Shown here in pieces: positions 21,301-30,600 of a stretch of DNA of 45,511 bases. Origin of the DNA: Reclinomonas americana ATCC 50394. Taxonomy: Eukaryota. The stretch lies in the NCBI GenBank assembly GCA_048213135.1, contig PS015072.1, positions 259,403 through 304,913 on the forward strand. The letters are read 5' to 3'. Under the pieces are notes generated by a model that saw only the letters and a list, made by a program, of their open reading frames with translations, was not told the DNA's origin and made no database searches. Each line of letters opens with the position of its first letter. Positions within the stretch are counted from its first letter, which is position 1. Both the position numbers and the translations under genes were made by a program.

Positions 21301-23982
21301 AACATCTCACTCCACTCCTCCTCCTCCTCCTCCTCCTCCCCCTTCCCGCACACTCACCCAACAACACACAAGGCAGCAGCCGCACATACTCGACGTGCAG
21401 CAGGCACTGGGCCTCCTGCCTCCACACATACACGCAGAAGACCGCGTGAGATGGTGCGACAAAGGAGCAAGTCCAATCAAATCACAACCACACACGGACA
21501 CACCCCACACGCACTCTCCGTAACAAAGACACTCACCCGCAGAAGCGCACACACCACAAACACAAGCGGGAGACCGAACGGACAAGTAGAGAAGAAGAGA
21601 AAGTGTAACACTGAAAGAAAGGTGTTCATGGAGAGAGACCACTCACCACAAGAGGAACGTCGCCACTAATGCCGGCGAGGGTGGACCAGCGTGCGCGTGT
21701 GTGAGTGATGACGACATGTGCGCGCGCGCGCGAAAACTCACAGTCACACACTTGTCACACGCATGCTGCTTTCACTCGCAAACGGTGTCCAATGACATCG
21801 GATACCGAGCTACACATCAAGCACACCAAGATGCGCTCAAACACACGTCAAACAACCATCGCGCGCTGGAAAGTGCGATTGGGCAGCTGACGTCATCTGT
21901 CCGGGCCACATCTGTCCCACGCACTCGACATCGATGTGGGGGCAGCCGTGGTGCGTTCTTTAGATTGTGGTAGTTTAGTGCAACTGTAGTGGTCGACGAT
22001 GCCTTGTGCGCAGCAAATAACGCGCGCTTTCCTCCGGTCGAGGATCGCTTCGCATTAATATTTAGAGCGCTCGTTGCGCTTGCAGAGGTGATGGCGAGCT
22101 CAAGGGTGTACTCAGTGTGTGCGCGCATGTGGCTCGGCGCGGCAACGTGTTCCACGCCAGTCTGGAGAGTGAGTCTGTCATCTCCACCAAAATTCCCTGA
22201 TGCGACTGGTCCGCACTTAGNNNNNNNNNNNNNNNNNNNNNNNNNNNNNNNNNNNNNNNNNNNNNNNNNNNNNNNNNNNNNNNNNNNNNNNNNNNNNNNN
22301 NNNNNNNNNNNNNNNNNNNNNNNNNNNNNNNNNNNNNNNNNNNNNNNNNNNNNNNNNNNNNNNNNNNNNNNNNNNNNNNNNNNNNNNNNNNNNNNNNNNN
22401 NNNNNNNNNNNNNNNNNNNNNNNNNNNNNNNNNNNNNNNNNNNNNNNNNNNNNNNNNNNNNNNNNNNNNNNNNNNNNNNNNNNNNNNNNNNNNNNNNNNN
22501 NNNNNNNNNNNNNNNNNNNNNNNNNNNNNNNNNNNNNNNNNNNNNNNNNNNNNNNNNNNNNNNNNNNNNNNNNNAGGTTGGCATGGCGACGAGTCATTGT
22601 GCCTCGGCACTGCGAACATTGGGAAAACTGGCGGTCTCTTTTTCTCCTGTTTCTGACAACTCTGTCGACTTCTGTTTGCGCGGTACCACGTGTGGTACAT
22701 CTGTGCACTTATGCGAGTGTACAAGGGTGGTCCTCGTGCACTCCCTGTTGTGTTTGAGCGTGTTTTCTCCCGCGCCCGCTTTTCCCGATTTGGAAAGTGG
22801 TGCGCGAAGTTCGGTCACGCACAGTTCTCGTTCCACACGTCTTCCCGTGCACAGAGGCATACGAGAATGACCGACGGGTGTTCCTCTTTGTATTCCACTG
22901 CTTAAATCTAGAAGGGCTGCTCACACTGCAGCGTCACTGTCGCGTCACACGACGGTATTGCGACGCGACATTGTTCGTCTGAAAACTTTTCGACCACGTT
23001 TCTCCCCAGTGGCGAGCCCATTTGTCGTGATTTTCACTCCTGGGCTCTTTACACACATGGCACTACATCTTCTGTGGAGTGGCGCACCAAAACATGCACC
23101 TCAGTGACGCTGTCTCGTCATTGTCCCGTCACATGATTGTACCGTGACGCGACAAAATTGGTATTTTTCATTTTTCTCGACAACCACGCATGCACATCGC
23201 ATGCCACACATACCAAACAACTCCTGAGACCACAGCGCACCGGGCGCATACCACAGAATGCGAATCCAAGCAACTTTTGTCGCGTCGCTGTCGCGTCACA
23301 CGTGATGGTACCGTGACGCTGTCCAAAAAACGGGGACCTGTGACGTGCGCCCAGCAGGTTCGTTTTGGAAAACACTGCACTTTGTTCTCTGTATGTCCGT
23401 CCACTCACTGTGTTGGAACGCCTGCAGCTCGCCTGGGGCAAGTGCTCTGCGTCGTGGATGTCTGGCTACTGCTGCTCGACGTGCGGCGGATGCAACGGCT
23501 GCACGCAGATCGCTCCGCCGGTGCAACCGACGGTTCTGCCGGCCTGCACCGATGTGGTGCCTCCCACCGCCACGCAGTACACGTGCGCCCAACAGGCCTC
23601 ATGGGGCAAGTGCAGCCAGTCGTGGATGCAGGGCTACTGCTGCAACACTTGCGGAACGGCCTCGTGCCAGAACTGCCGACAGACTGTCGTCAATGTGCCA
23701 GCCTGCACCGACATTGTGCCGCCCTCCTCGCCGCAGTACACGTGCGCTCAGCAGTCCGGCTGGGGCAAGTGTGGCGAAACGTGGATGGCTGGCTACTGCT
23801 GCAACACATGCGGCGGTTGCTCTGGTTGCAGCCGCGCGACGTCGACGTGCACCGACAACCCTCCGCCGGCCGCCGCCGGCCAGACGCAGTACTCGTGCGC
23901 CACCCAGGCCAGCTGGGGCAAGTGCGGCGAGACATGGATGAAGGGCTACTGCTGCAAGAGCTGCTTCAACTGCTCGTGCTGA
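12379..23982 (+). CDS. Secreted GH113-like glycoside hydrolase (beta-mannanase-like) with eight C-terminal ShK-like Cys-rich repeats; interrupted by two mobile elements
   Basis: Exons 12379-12570, 18203-18337, 18411-18442, 18510-18735, 18808-19381, 19455-20077, [insertion], 23346-23357 and 23428-23982 join in frame. Signal peptide present. GH113-like motifs: WRGHI, WTAFFSSY, YATLAQ, CIGLE (acid/base Glu 18691), LIAAVRAKFTG, FWSSVDFIGVDAYY, VIFGEIGY (nucleophile Glu 19045), GVFFWAW. Confidence 0.85.
13334..15550 (+). CDS. Gag-like ORF1 of the DIRS-like element (738 aa, Pro-rich and RS-rich, with a helical C-terminal core)
   Basis: Long intronless ORF directly upstream of pol; its TGA overlaps the pol ATG (ATGA 15547-15550). 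The gag call is positional, and no zinc knuckle is seen. Confidence 0.7.
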   Translation: MDRLSPAHETAGNDSVPETHTAPSRSHDADSDSSGHMEMRSPVDDEMTFEGDMSPPVSRPPAHGHDDAYAPAFESSPTISLRRGAPRAPPPPPTEPLPSPPAQSSARPAFLRSPPAPSATATAAADAVDGEVSDTGVIFQGQSSADSAPPRRSRTGQRQPARTHERLLEGLPDAEQASVTSLLDKAQSRGAPLTRSAARAQSQAQVQDSVGNASAPPRQQQQSPPVSRTSAPVKHTSDARRREHFRSSRDRDYEDRRDRSSSPSRSRHRSGRHRSSTRSPRGSSSPRRRSHRSDRYDSRSPSRSRRSRRTRSRHHRHRGSSRESSSASSRDSAYSRRHRSHRSRRHERRSRRDESWSRSRSVSREHRAASSSTLPGISATAAQPAGPLSTHDRNATTPVDLLRDHSHEQGWSAHNERPAQSVAERSTILAGVPNGMVLAAAAPPVAATSSAAATVAGAAASDKPRSQYTLPKLTPPSLEESLQMLDGGSNYEERKILQLTDPTHNVFLNSAVLSALSAAKDHGYMNAQYTNLCALTQLLLEIMQNMRDNQVLNADVLGSDVLEDLNLLRGHLHQSVLEHTAFVTIHGAAPNRLREFVGHVWQRLRPSIFDSGVAQFAERAHAERKLSKHGFAVPVVSQPMDLGANAPVTYTQPGPSQSAGSSDYRGNRTVDRPSGARYRPFRGNSERPDMDEYFRRRKPNNRNATLPRASGQPSTSATTTTTSANPAGGAKSSAGGGQ
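15547..17850 (+). CDS. DIRS-type pol: reverse transcriptase, RNase H and Dam-like N6-adenine methyltransferase (767 aa)
   Basis: RT: GRLARCLPAW, LRIVTDLRLYN, SIDIRDAYLH, IPFGLADSP, WLLDDLLL (16408-16419), INRQKS, FLG. RNase H: TTDAS, KELAAV, SDNKAVV, NQADRPSR. MTase: VDLFAS (17398), DAFSVPW, FANAPF (17551), APVWPSRPWW. Confidence 0.93.
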   Translation: MSPPFSALPVSPSRDDGCPSRHTITSTTLSPLSPALLHAPPYFGGRWTQSGLWIPPPRPPAPLASDPIHHSSVERVASDTVPLTGRLARCLPAWRTICPRGDSQVLHWINHGCTPHFNGTTPPPIIRLSKPITDPSHLHFVRTELVRLQGLGAIRPASPEEVEHSSPIRVVTRRHSAKLRIVTDLRLYNLSVSPPRIKFEGLRDAAQIVGPHAWMCSIDIRDAYLHAALAEDIQHPIHFNVNLAGTISHWRATAIPFGLADSPYFWHTMMSVVVGHLRSHYHMRVCWLLDDLLLVSESKDQAAKDAAIACQLIESLGIVINRQKSQLEPLQSIKFLGLLINTSQQSPLFEVPEETVNDIRTFARSVHSIATRSEGRVPARLLASFAGKANSISLALRSTRLHTREFFNCLSTLPPHNRWSRWVSLSPLAMEELSNFWATLSPTQCINFTRPPSLLRALRITTDASDQAWAATLDAPLPSATTTRLELAELPQRMIHGPWLPTAKRSFTIAAKELAAVLIAAHHFLPAIRNQRLLLISDNKAVVSIINSGCSRSPQLFSLARELWSLLTEANVEFSCRWTSTHTNQADRPSRQFDKSAWSLSDEAWQTIVSAFGLPEVDLFASRDAHLVSRYCSFFPDQAAWAMDAFSVPWCRDALPDGPPDRPPLVFANAPFRLIPRVLQHAAETGPCNLIVVAPVWPSRPWWRQLVTAASHHVDLPSDSCRPTPLRNRRLLPEPWTHWRLRLRAFLIPPAPCWLGSRGVCGSTLWS
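20078..23342. mobile_element. Non-autonomous CMC/CACTA-like DNA transposon inserted in a coding exon
   Basis: TIRs 20078-20119 and 23301-23342 (CACAGGT(A/C)CCCGTTTTT...CGTCACGGTACCATCACG, 36/42 identical). The 3-bp TSD ACG lies at 20075-20077 and 23343-23345. Removing the element plus one ACG restores TAC ACG TGC GCC CAG CAG (YTCAQQ). Confidence 0.92.
20590..21390. repeat. Minisatellite, about 10 copies of a ~65-85 bp unit, inside the DNA transposon
   Basis: Repeated CACAAGGCAGCAGCCGCACATACAACATCTCACTCCACTCCTCC...TCCCACAATTACCCAACAG with a variable (TCC)n stretch; spans an N gap. Confidence 0.9.
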
Positions 23983-24396
23983 GCAACAGAAGTGATTCTC
24001 GGGAGATCAGCTGCAGCACAACGAAGTGTGCTGATGTGCGACTTTTAGTGAACCTCCTGCTTGAAGAAGGGAAGAAAGGGGGAGGACAGGCCTAGGGAAA
24101 GGGGGAGGAAAGGAAAGGGAGGTGAGTCTTGCTCAGACGTGGACGACAAGCCGGCTGAATCGACATCGTTGTTCTTCGTGGTCATTCATGACCAGTTGCA
24201 CAGCTTCAACCTGGCTGGCATCTGCAGACTTTTCCTGCGTGTTCATTTTCCGGGCTTCACAATGACCACGAGCTCACGATCATCTGCATGCAGCTGCGCG
24301 ATATCGATCGTCGATCGCGATATCGATGTCGATACAGTATCACGCATAGAAGTGAGTTCGCCTGAGGTGTTTTGTTGTTGTTGTTGTTGTTGTTGT

Positions 24397-24464
<68 letters not shown>

Positions 24465-24955
24465 TCTCTCGTGTCGTCGTCGTCGTCGGGTCGGGTACGT
24501 ACGTAGTGTACGTAGTACGTACGTAGTAGTAGTATTACGTACGTTACTTACCTAACTAACGTAAGTCGGTACGACTAACTAACTCCGTCCGTCGTACGGA
24601 CGACCGAACGACCGCCGACGANNNNNNNNNNNNNNNNNNNNNNNNNNNNNNNNNNNNNNNNNNNNNNNNNNNNNNNNNNNNNNNNNNNNNNNNNNNNNNN
24701 NNNNNNNNNNNNNNNNNNNNNNNNNNNNNNNNNNNNNNNNNNNNNNNNNNNNNNNNNNNNNNNNNNNNNNNNNNNNNNNNNNNNNNNNNNNNNNNNNNNN
24801 NNNNNNNNNNNNNNNNNNNNNNNNACTACTCGTCTACGTCGTACGCGACGTCGTCGGCGACGTATACGTACGTACGTCGTACGTACGTCGACGTATACGT
24901 AGTAGTCGTACGTACGTAGTATACGTACACGACTAGTAGTAGTAGTGTCGTCGTG

Positions 24956-25050
<95 letters not shown>

Positions 25051-25456
25051 GCTCTCTGTGCTGCTCTGGGGTCGACTAGTGATCGATCGATGATATCGAT
25101 TCCATCCAAATGTCGGCACAAATTCCAGCCTCTGGAGCCAGAACGCCGCAGGCATGCACTGCATACAAATACGTTGACAGCGACAGAGCGGCCATCTGCA
25201 CCGACTTCGCCGCTCCGAATTCTATGCATTTTTTACCGGCGCGCGCCGGCTTTTCCGGTATTTTCTCCTGCACTTCAACATTCTTGCCACCGTTGTCAAG
25301 AGGAAGCGAGGATGCACCTGCTCTCCTCAGCCTGCCACACACCTTCCTGCACTGACATGCGCAGGACGAATCGCGTGTGTCATCAAAAGGGTGCATTTTC
25401 ACTAATTCGTTCGCCACTTCTTCTCGCACGCACACACACTTACAACACGCACACTC

Positions 25457-27368
25457 ATGTTGCGCGCACAATTACCCGCACTACTCCTGCTACTGCTGGT
25501 CATCGTACTTTCAGTGAGTGCACCCGCGCACGCCAATCGGTGAGCAAGTGTTTTTCCCTTTTTCAACAACAAAAGCGAACACACTCGCAGCGCTCACACA
25601 CACACGCACACAGCGATGACATTCATACAGAGGCAGTGTCGTGTCCCATTGCGCAGCCCATTGTGGGCTACGCGTCTGCCACGAAAACAGCCACCTCCAT
25701 CACGTTGAATGTGTATGCCGGGTGAGTGACAGACAAGCCACATCATGCCACTCTCTCTCCCTCTCTCTCTCACACTCTCTCACTCACACTCACTCACTGA
25801 CACAGCACTCCGTACGCTGCGGGTGTGATTGAGCTGTTTGAGTACCCGCCTGGAGCCACTGCGTACACCTTCCCACAAAACGTTCTCGGCTCAGTGGCGT
25901 GGCCCACTCAGCAGCAAGCTCCACAAGGAGTCAAGGTCACCGCCTCCGGACTGCAGGTAACCCCCCCCGTTTCCACTCTCCACTCATTGCTGCTGTATCT
26001 AATCATCGATATATGCATTGTTGATTGCAGCCCAACACCGCCTATCGTCTGGCCGTGGTTCTCCGCTACCTCTCGTGCCCAAACGCCTCGTGTCCCGCGG
26101 GGCCGTGCTGGGCGGCCACAGCGCCTGCGCAAGTCATCGCCGTCACGACGTTGTTGGGCGAGACGGCGCAGGTGTTGTCCGTGGACCGACCGTCGCCAGT
26201 GACACTGGCCAATCTCACGCAGCTGCTGGTGACAGTCAAGGCCTCGGCCGCCCCGCAGGCGACCTATGCGGCGCCTGCGTTTGATTTTGCGTACCTGGAC
26301 GCCAACAATGTGCCGACAGTGCTCGGCGTGTACCCGGCGTGCGTGTGGAGCTCGGCCAATGTCGCCGTGTGCACGCTGTCGAGTCTCAAGCCGAACACGC
26401 CGTATCGTATCACCGCGCGGCTCACCGTCACCGGCAATCGCGGCGACTATGTGCTGCCGTTCCCCGCGACGGCCACCTACTCGCCGGTCAACACTGTGCT
26501 CACGATCACGTCGGTGGCGACGCCCATGGATCCGACCGACGCGCGCCTCACCGACGCCCTCGACACGTACCAGATTGTGACGGTGCGCTCGTCGGCGCTT
26601 CCCGATCCGCTGGTCGTCGCTGGCAACCCGCAGCTGGTCATTATGGTGTCGACGACGGATGCCAATGTCGGCACGGCGGCCGCCACCATTCCTTCGCCGT
26701 GCATGCTGAGCACGACCACGCAGATCACCACGTGCTGGGTGTCGGGCCTGCCGACGAATCGCACTCTCCGCTTCCAGGCCAAGGTGGTGACGCCGGGCCA
26801 GTCGGAGGGCGCCCTCAGCTCGGTGGTCACGGGCGAGACGAGTCTCATTTGCCCGAACCTGCCGGCCATTGACTGCTCGAACTCGCTCAATGAGCCGTTC
26901 CGCCACATTGACGGCACCTGCAACGTGCAGGGGCCGTCGGGAGTCGGCATTGGCGCCGCCTGCCAGGGCTACTACCGCCTGTTCAATGTCGACTACCAGT
27001 GCGACCCGCAGACGGGATTCATCAGTGCGCTGCCGGGCTCGGGGGCGCCGAAAAAGTGCACCTGCAACTGGTTCGATCCGGCGTCGCCGCCGCCACCCGG
27101 GCTGCTCACCTCGCCGCCACTGCCGCCGTGCACACCGGCCGACCTCACGCCTGTGCGTCCGCAGCCGCGGGCCATCTCCGATGCCGCGTGTGTGCAGCAG
27201 CCGGGGGAGTCGGTGTTGAATCGTGAGTCGCCAAAAGGGAAAGGGAGAAGATGGGGAGCGAGAGGGAGAGAGAAGGAGGGAGAAGGAGGAAGAAGGAGGG
27301 AGAAGGAGGGAGACGGAGGGAGACGCAGGGAGAGGGAGAGGGAGGGAGAGGGAAGGAGGGAACAGGGG

Positions 27369-27408
<40 letters not shown>

Positions 27409-27531
27409 TGGTGTCGTTGCGAGAGTACAACGTGGAGTCGTTAGAACGGAAGGTGTTGCATGCAGAGGTGAGAGCGACTATCGCTGACAGTGAGGAGGTT
27501 GTCGTTGGTGGNNNNNNNNNNNNNNNNNNNN

Positions 27532-27611
<80 letters not shown>

Positions 27612-27642
27612 GGAGGAGAGAGAGGAGGAGGAGGAGGAGGAG

Positions 27643-27690
<48 letters not shown>

Positions 27691-30600
27691 GGTGCTTGCA
27701 GAGTCAACTGGAGTCTTGAACGAAGGTGTTGCATGCAGAGGGTGAGAGCGACTATCGCTGACAGTGAGAGGGTTGTCTTGGTGTGGAGAGCTGCTGTACA
27801 CAAGTGTGTGGGAGCGGTCTTATGCGTTGTGAAGCGAGAGGAATTGCACCGCTGCTGAAATGAGTGGGCATCTTTTCTGTCTTGAAGGGCGAAAGAGAGA
27901 ACGAGAGAGTGAAGAGCTGGTGCTTGCAGAGTTAGACCAGCAGCTCTGCTGGAGAAAGTGTCTTGTGGCATGTTAGGCGCAGAATAGTTGCATCGCCGTC
28001 GTGAGTTTAAATTCTCTTGCACTACGAAGAAGCCGTTCGGCGGGAGTAAATCGCACCGCTGCTGAATGAGAGGGCATCTCTTCTGTTGTGAAGGGAGCAG
28101 AGAGAGAGAGAGAGGGTGTCTTTTGTCGTGAAGGTAGCCATCGGAGCAGAATCAGAGATGGCGCGACGCAACAAGTGAGATCATGTCTTTCGATGTGACG
28201 AAAGGCAGAGTCAGAGTCGCTGGGTGGAAGGGCGTGCGCAGAGATTACGGGAGTGAGAATATGTGTCATGAAGGGATTGTAGCGTGACGCAAGGAGTGAG
28301 GAGAGTGCACACCGCGATAGTACTGGATAAGAAAATGTCTCTTTGTTGTATCTGGTGGCTGACTGCTCTCTGCGTCGTGTTGTGCAGGCTTCGGATTGAC
28401 TGACAGTTGCGGAGTGAGGTGCTGGCGTTTTTTGTTGTGCAAGAACTGACATTGCGTGTGTGTTTCTTTCCCCACACTGTGCGATACAGTGTTCTGGGTG
28501 CGTCTTTCGTACTGAAGCACGTTCGATGTGCCATCCTCTTGCTCACTCTTTGTTTGTCTTCTGCAGGCGTTTGGCCAATTCATCGCCCAGTGCGTAGCTT
28601 CTCTTCCGTCTTCTTTATCATCGCATTGCTCACCACTTCTCTGTACCCCTTTCACCCTTGCCATCAACAGCGACATGGTGAGTCTCACGCTTTTCACAGC
28701 CGCCTGTCTCCCCCCTGCTCATTTCCTCCCCCTCTCAGGAAATGGCTCGCCGCGAGACACGCACCCTGACCAACGGCAGCCCGCCGCTCCCGACTCGCGC
28801 CGACATTACCGGTGTCGAGATGTGCGGGTCGGTCGGCAGCATTCCCTTCACGCGCAACTACAACACCATCTACCCTCTCGTGAAGGTAACGAGGAGTATG
28901 TCGCGAGTCCTTGGCGTCTTCTGTTGCTCACTGTCACTGCTGTGCAGGATAACATCACAACGCCGTCGCAGACCAATGTCGTGACGCACTACGTGGATGG
29001 TGCGCTTCGCCGTTCCTTCTCCTGACTGTCTTCCTCTCTTCTCATATCGAGACGTGCAGCTTCCACTGTGTACGGCAGCGACCCGCTGCGTGCGAATGTT
29101 CTCCGAGAGCACGTCGGTGGTCGCATGCTCGTCTCAAATGCGCCGGCCGATGCCATCATCAACGACGGTCCACTGCCTCCGACCAACACTCGCGGCCTCG
29201 CCAACCAGCCGATTCACTCGCCCGACTTCTTTGTCGGTGGCGACATTCGTGCCAACGACAATCAGGCGATCCTGGCGCTGCACACGCTGTTCTTGCGCGG
29301 TGCGTCTGCACAATAAGGAAAGGGTGCGATTCATGCACTCACCCCTTTTCGTAGAGCACAACCGCATCGCCAATTGCCTGAGCACCACGGACACGGTGCA
29401 GCCAGCGACGTGCGAGGACGGGTTGTGGGCGTTGCGCTCGCAGCCGCGCGTGCCGCTGGTGGACGATGAGTCGATCTATCAGTACGCGCGGCACTTGCTG
29501 ATTGGACAGTATCAGCGGATCTTTTTCCAGGATTATTTGGGGAAGGGTGAGCCGGGGGGAAGCGGGAGAAGGGGAAGGGGGTGAAAGGGAAAGGGAGAAG
29601 GAGGGAAGGGGGAAGAATATGTGAGCGAGAGCGAGGAGGCAGGAAAGGGAGTAAAGTGAGAGAGGAGGAAGGGAGAAGAAAAGATGAGGAAAGTGAGAAG
29701 GAGGGAGGTAGTGAGGGGGGAAGGGGGAGAAGGGGAAGGGGGCGCAAGGGAAAGGGAGAAGGAGGGAAGGGGAGGAATGAGTGAGCGAGAGCGAGGAGGC
29801 AGGAAAGGGAGTAAAGTGAGAGAGGAGGAAGGGAGTAAAGTGAGAGAAATAGTGAGGGGGGAAGGAGCGAGGGAAAGAAGGTGAGGAGGCAGAAAAGGGG
29901 GGACATGTGAGAGTAGAAAGAGGAGAGGAAGAAAGAAGAAGAGACGAGGAAAAGAAAGAAGGTACAGCGAGGTGCGGTGAGGAAAGAGACGCATGTTAAT
30001 TGGAGTGACGCGGTAAGGGGAGAAGAAATGAGCAGGAGAGGGAAAGCGGTGAGAAGGTGGGCATGCTGGAACAGTGTAAATGAGAACCCTTGAGAGAAGA
30101 GAAAGAAACGACGGGGACAAGTGACGAGAGAGCGGCGCAACTGGAAGAAGTGATGTGCAGCGCTCAATTGAAGCGTAAAGGATTGAGCGGCGTTCGCTTA
30201 CAATCGTGATGCCTGATAACAGTGTTCTTCCTCAACGCGCCGCCGGTCAACGGCAAGGTTCCGAAGTTCACCGATGATTACAAGGTGTGTTGGGGTGGGA
30301 GAAAGGGAGTGCGAGAGAGTGGGCCGAGTCACGGACCGTTGGCTGAATGTCGCGCAATGTTGCACGAAGAGTGGAGAGAGACTCGTCCGCGAAGAACGCA
30401 GATAACTCTCTTGGCCAGAGAGGGGAAGAGAGCCGGAGGCAGGGAAAGCAGCAGCAAGAGACATGAAGCGAGAATGTGCAGAATGAGGTGCGCGCAGCTA
30501 CCACTGCTGGCAAGCTTGTACACGAGAGAGAAACAGTGACAAGCTTGTTCTTCGATGAGAGAGAAAGAGATAGCAACAAACACTGAGAATCGTGGCCGAA

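Noticed and set aside
20590-21390. CRISPR-like repeat array
   Set aside because: No unique spacers and no cas genes in a eukaryotic context; it is a minisatellite.
21700-22980. ORFs inside the DNA transposon as a transposase
   Set aside because: No DDE or CACTA transposase motifs recognised; they are short and interrupted by a gap.
20083-23427. Splicing out of the transposon through the TIR donor CAG|GTACC to the host acceptor at 23427
   Set aside because: The donor is phase 2 and the acceptor phase 0, so the product would be frameshifted.
27407-27790. ~100 bp duplicated on both sides of the 20-N gap
   Set aside because: The left copy is an indel-ridden version of the right one after the same (AG)n; it is probably an unmerged contig overlap.
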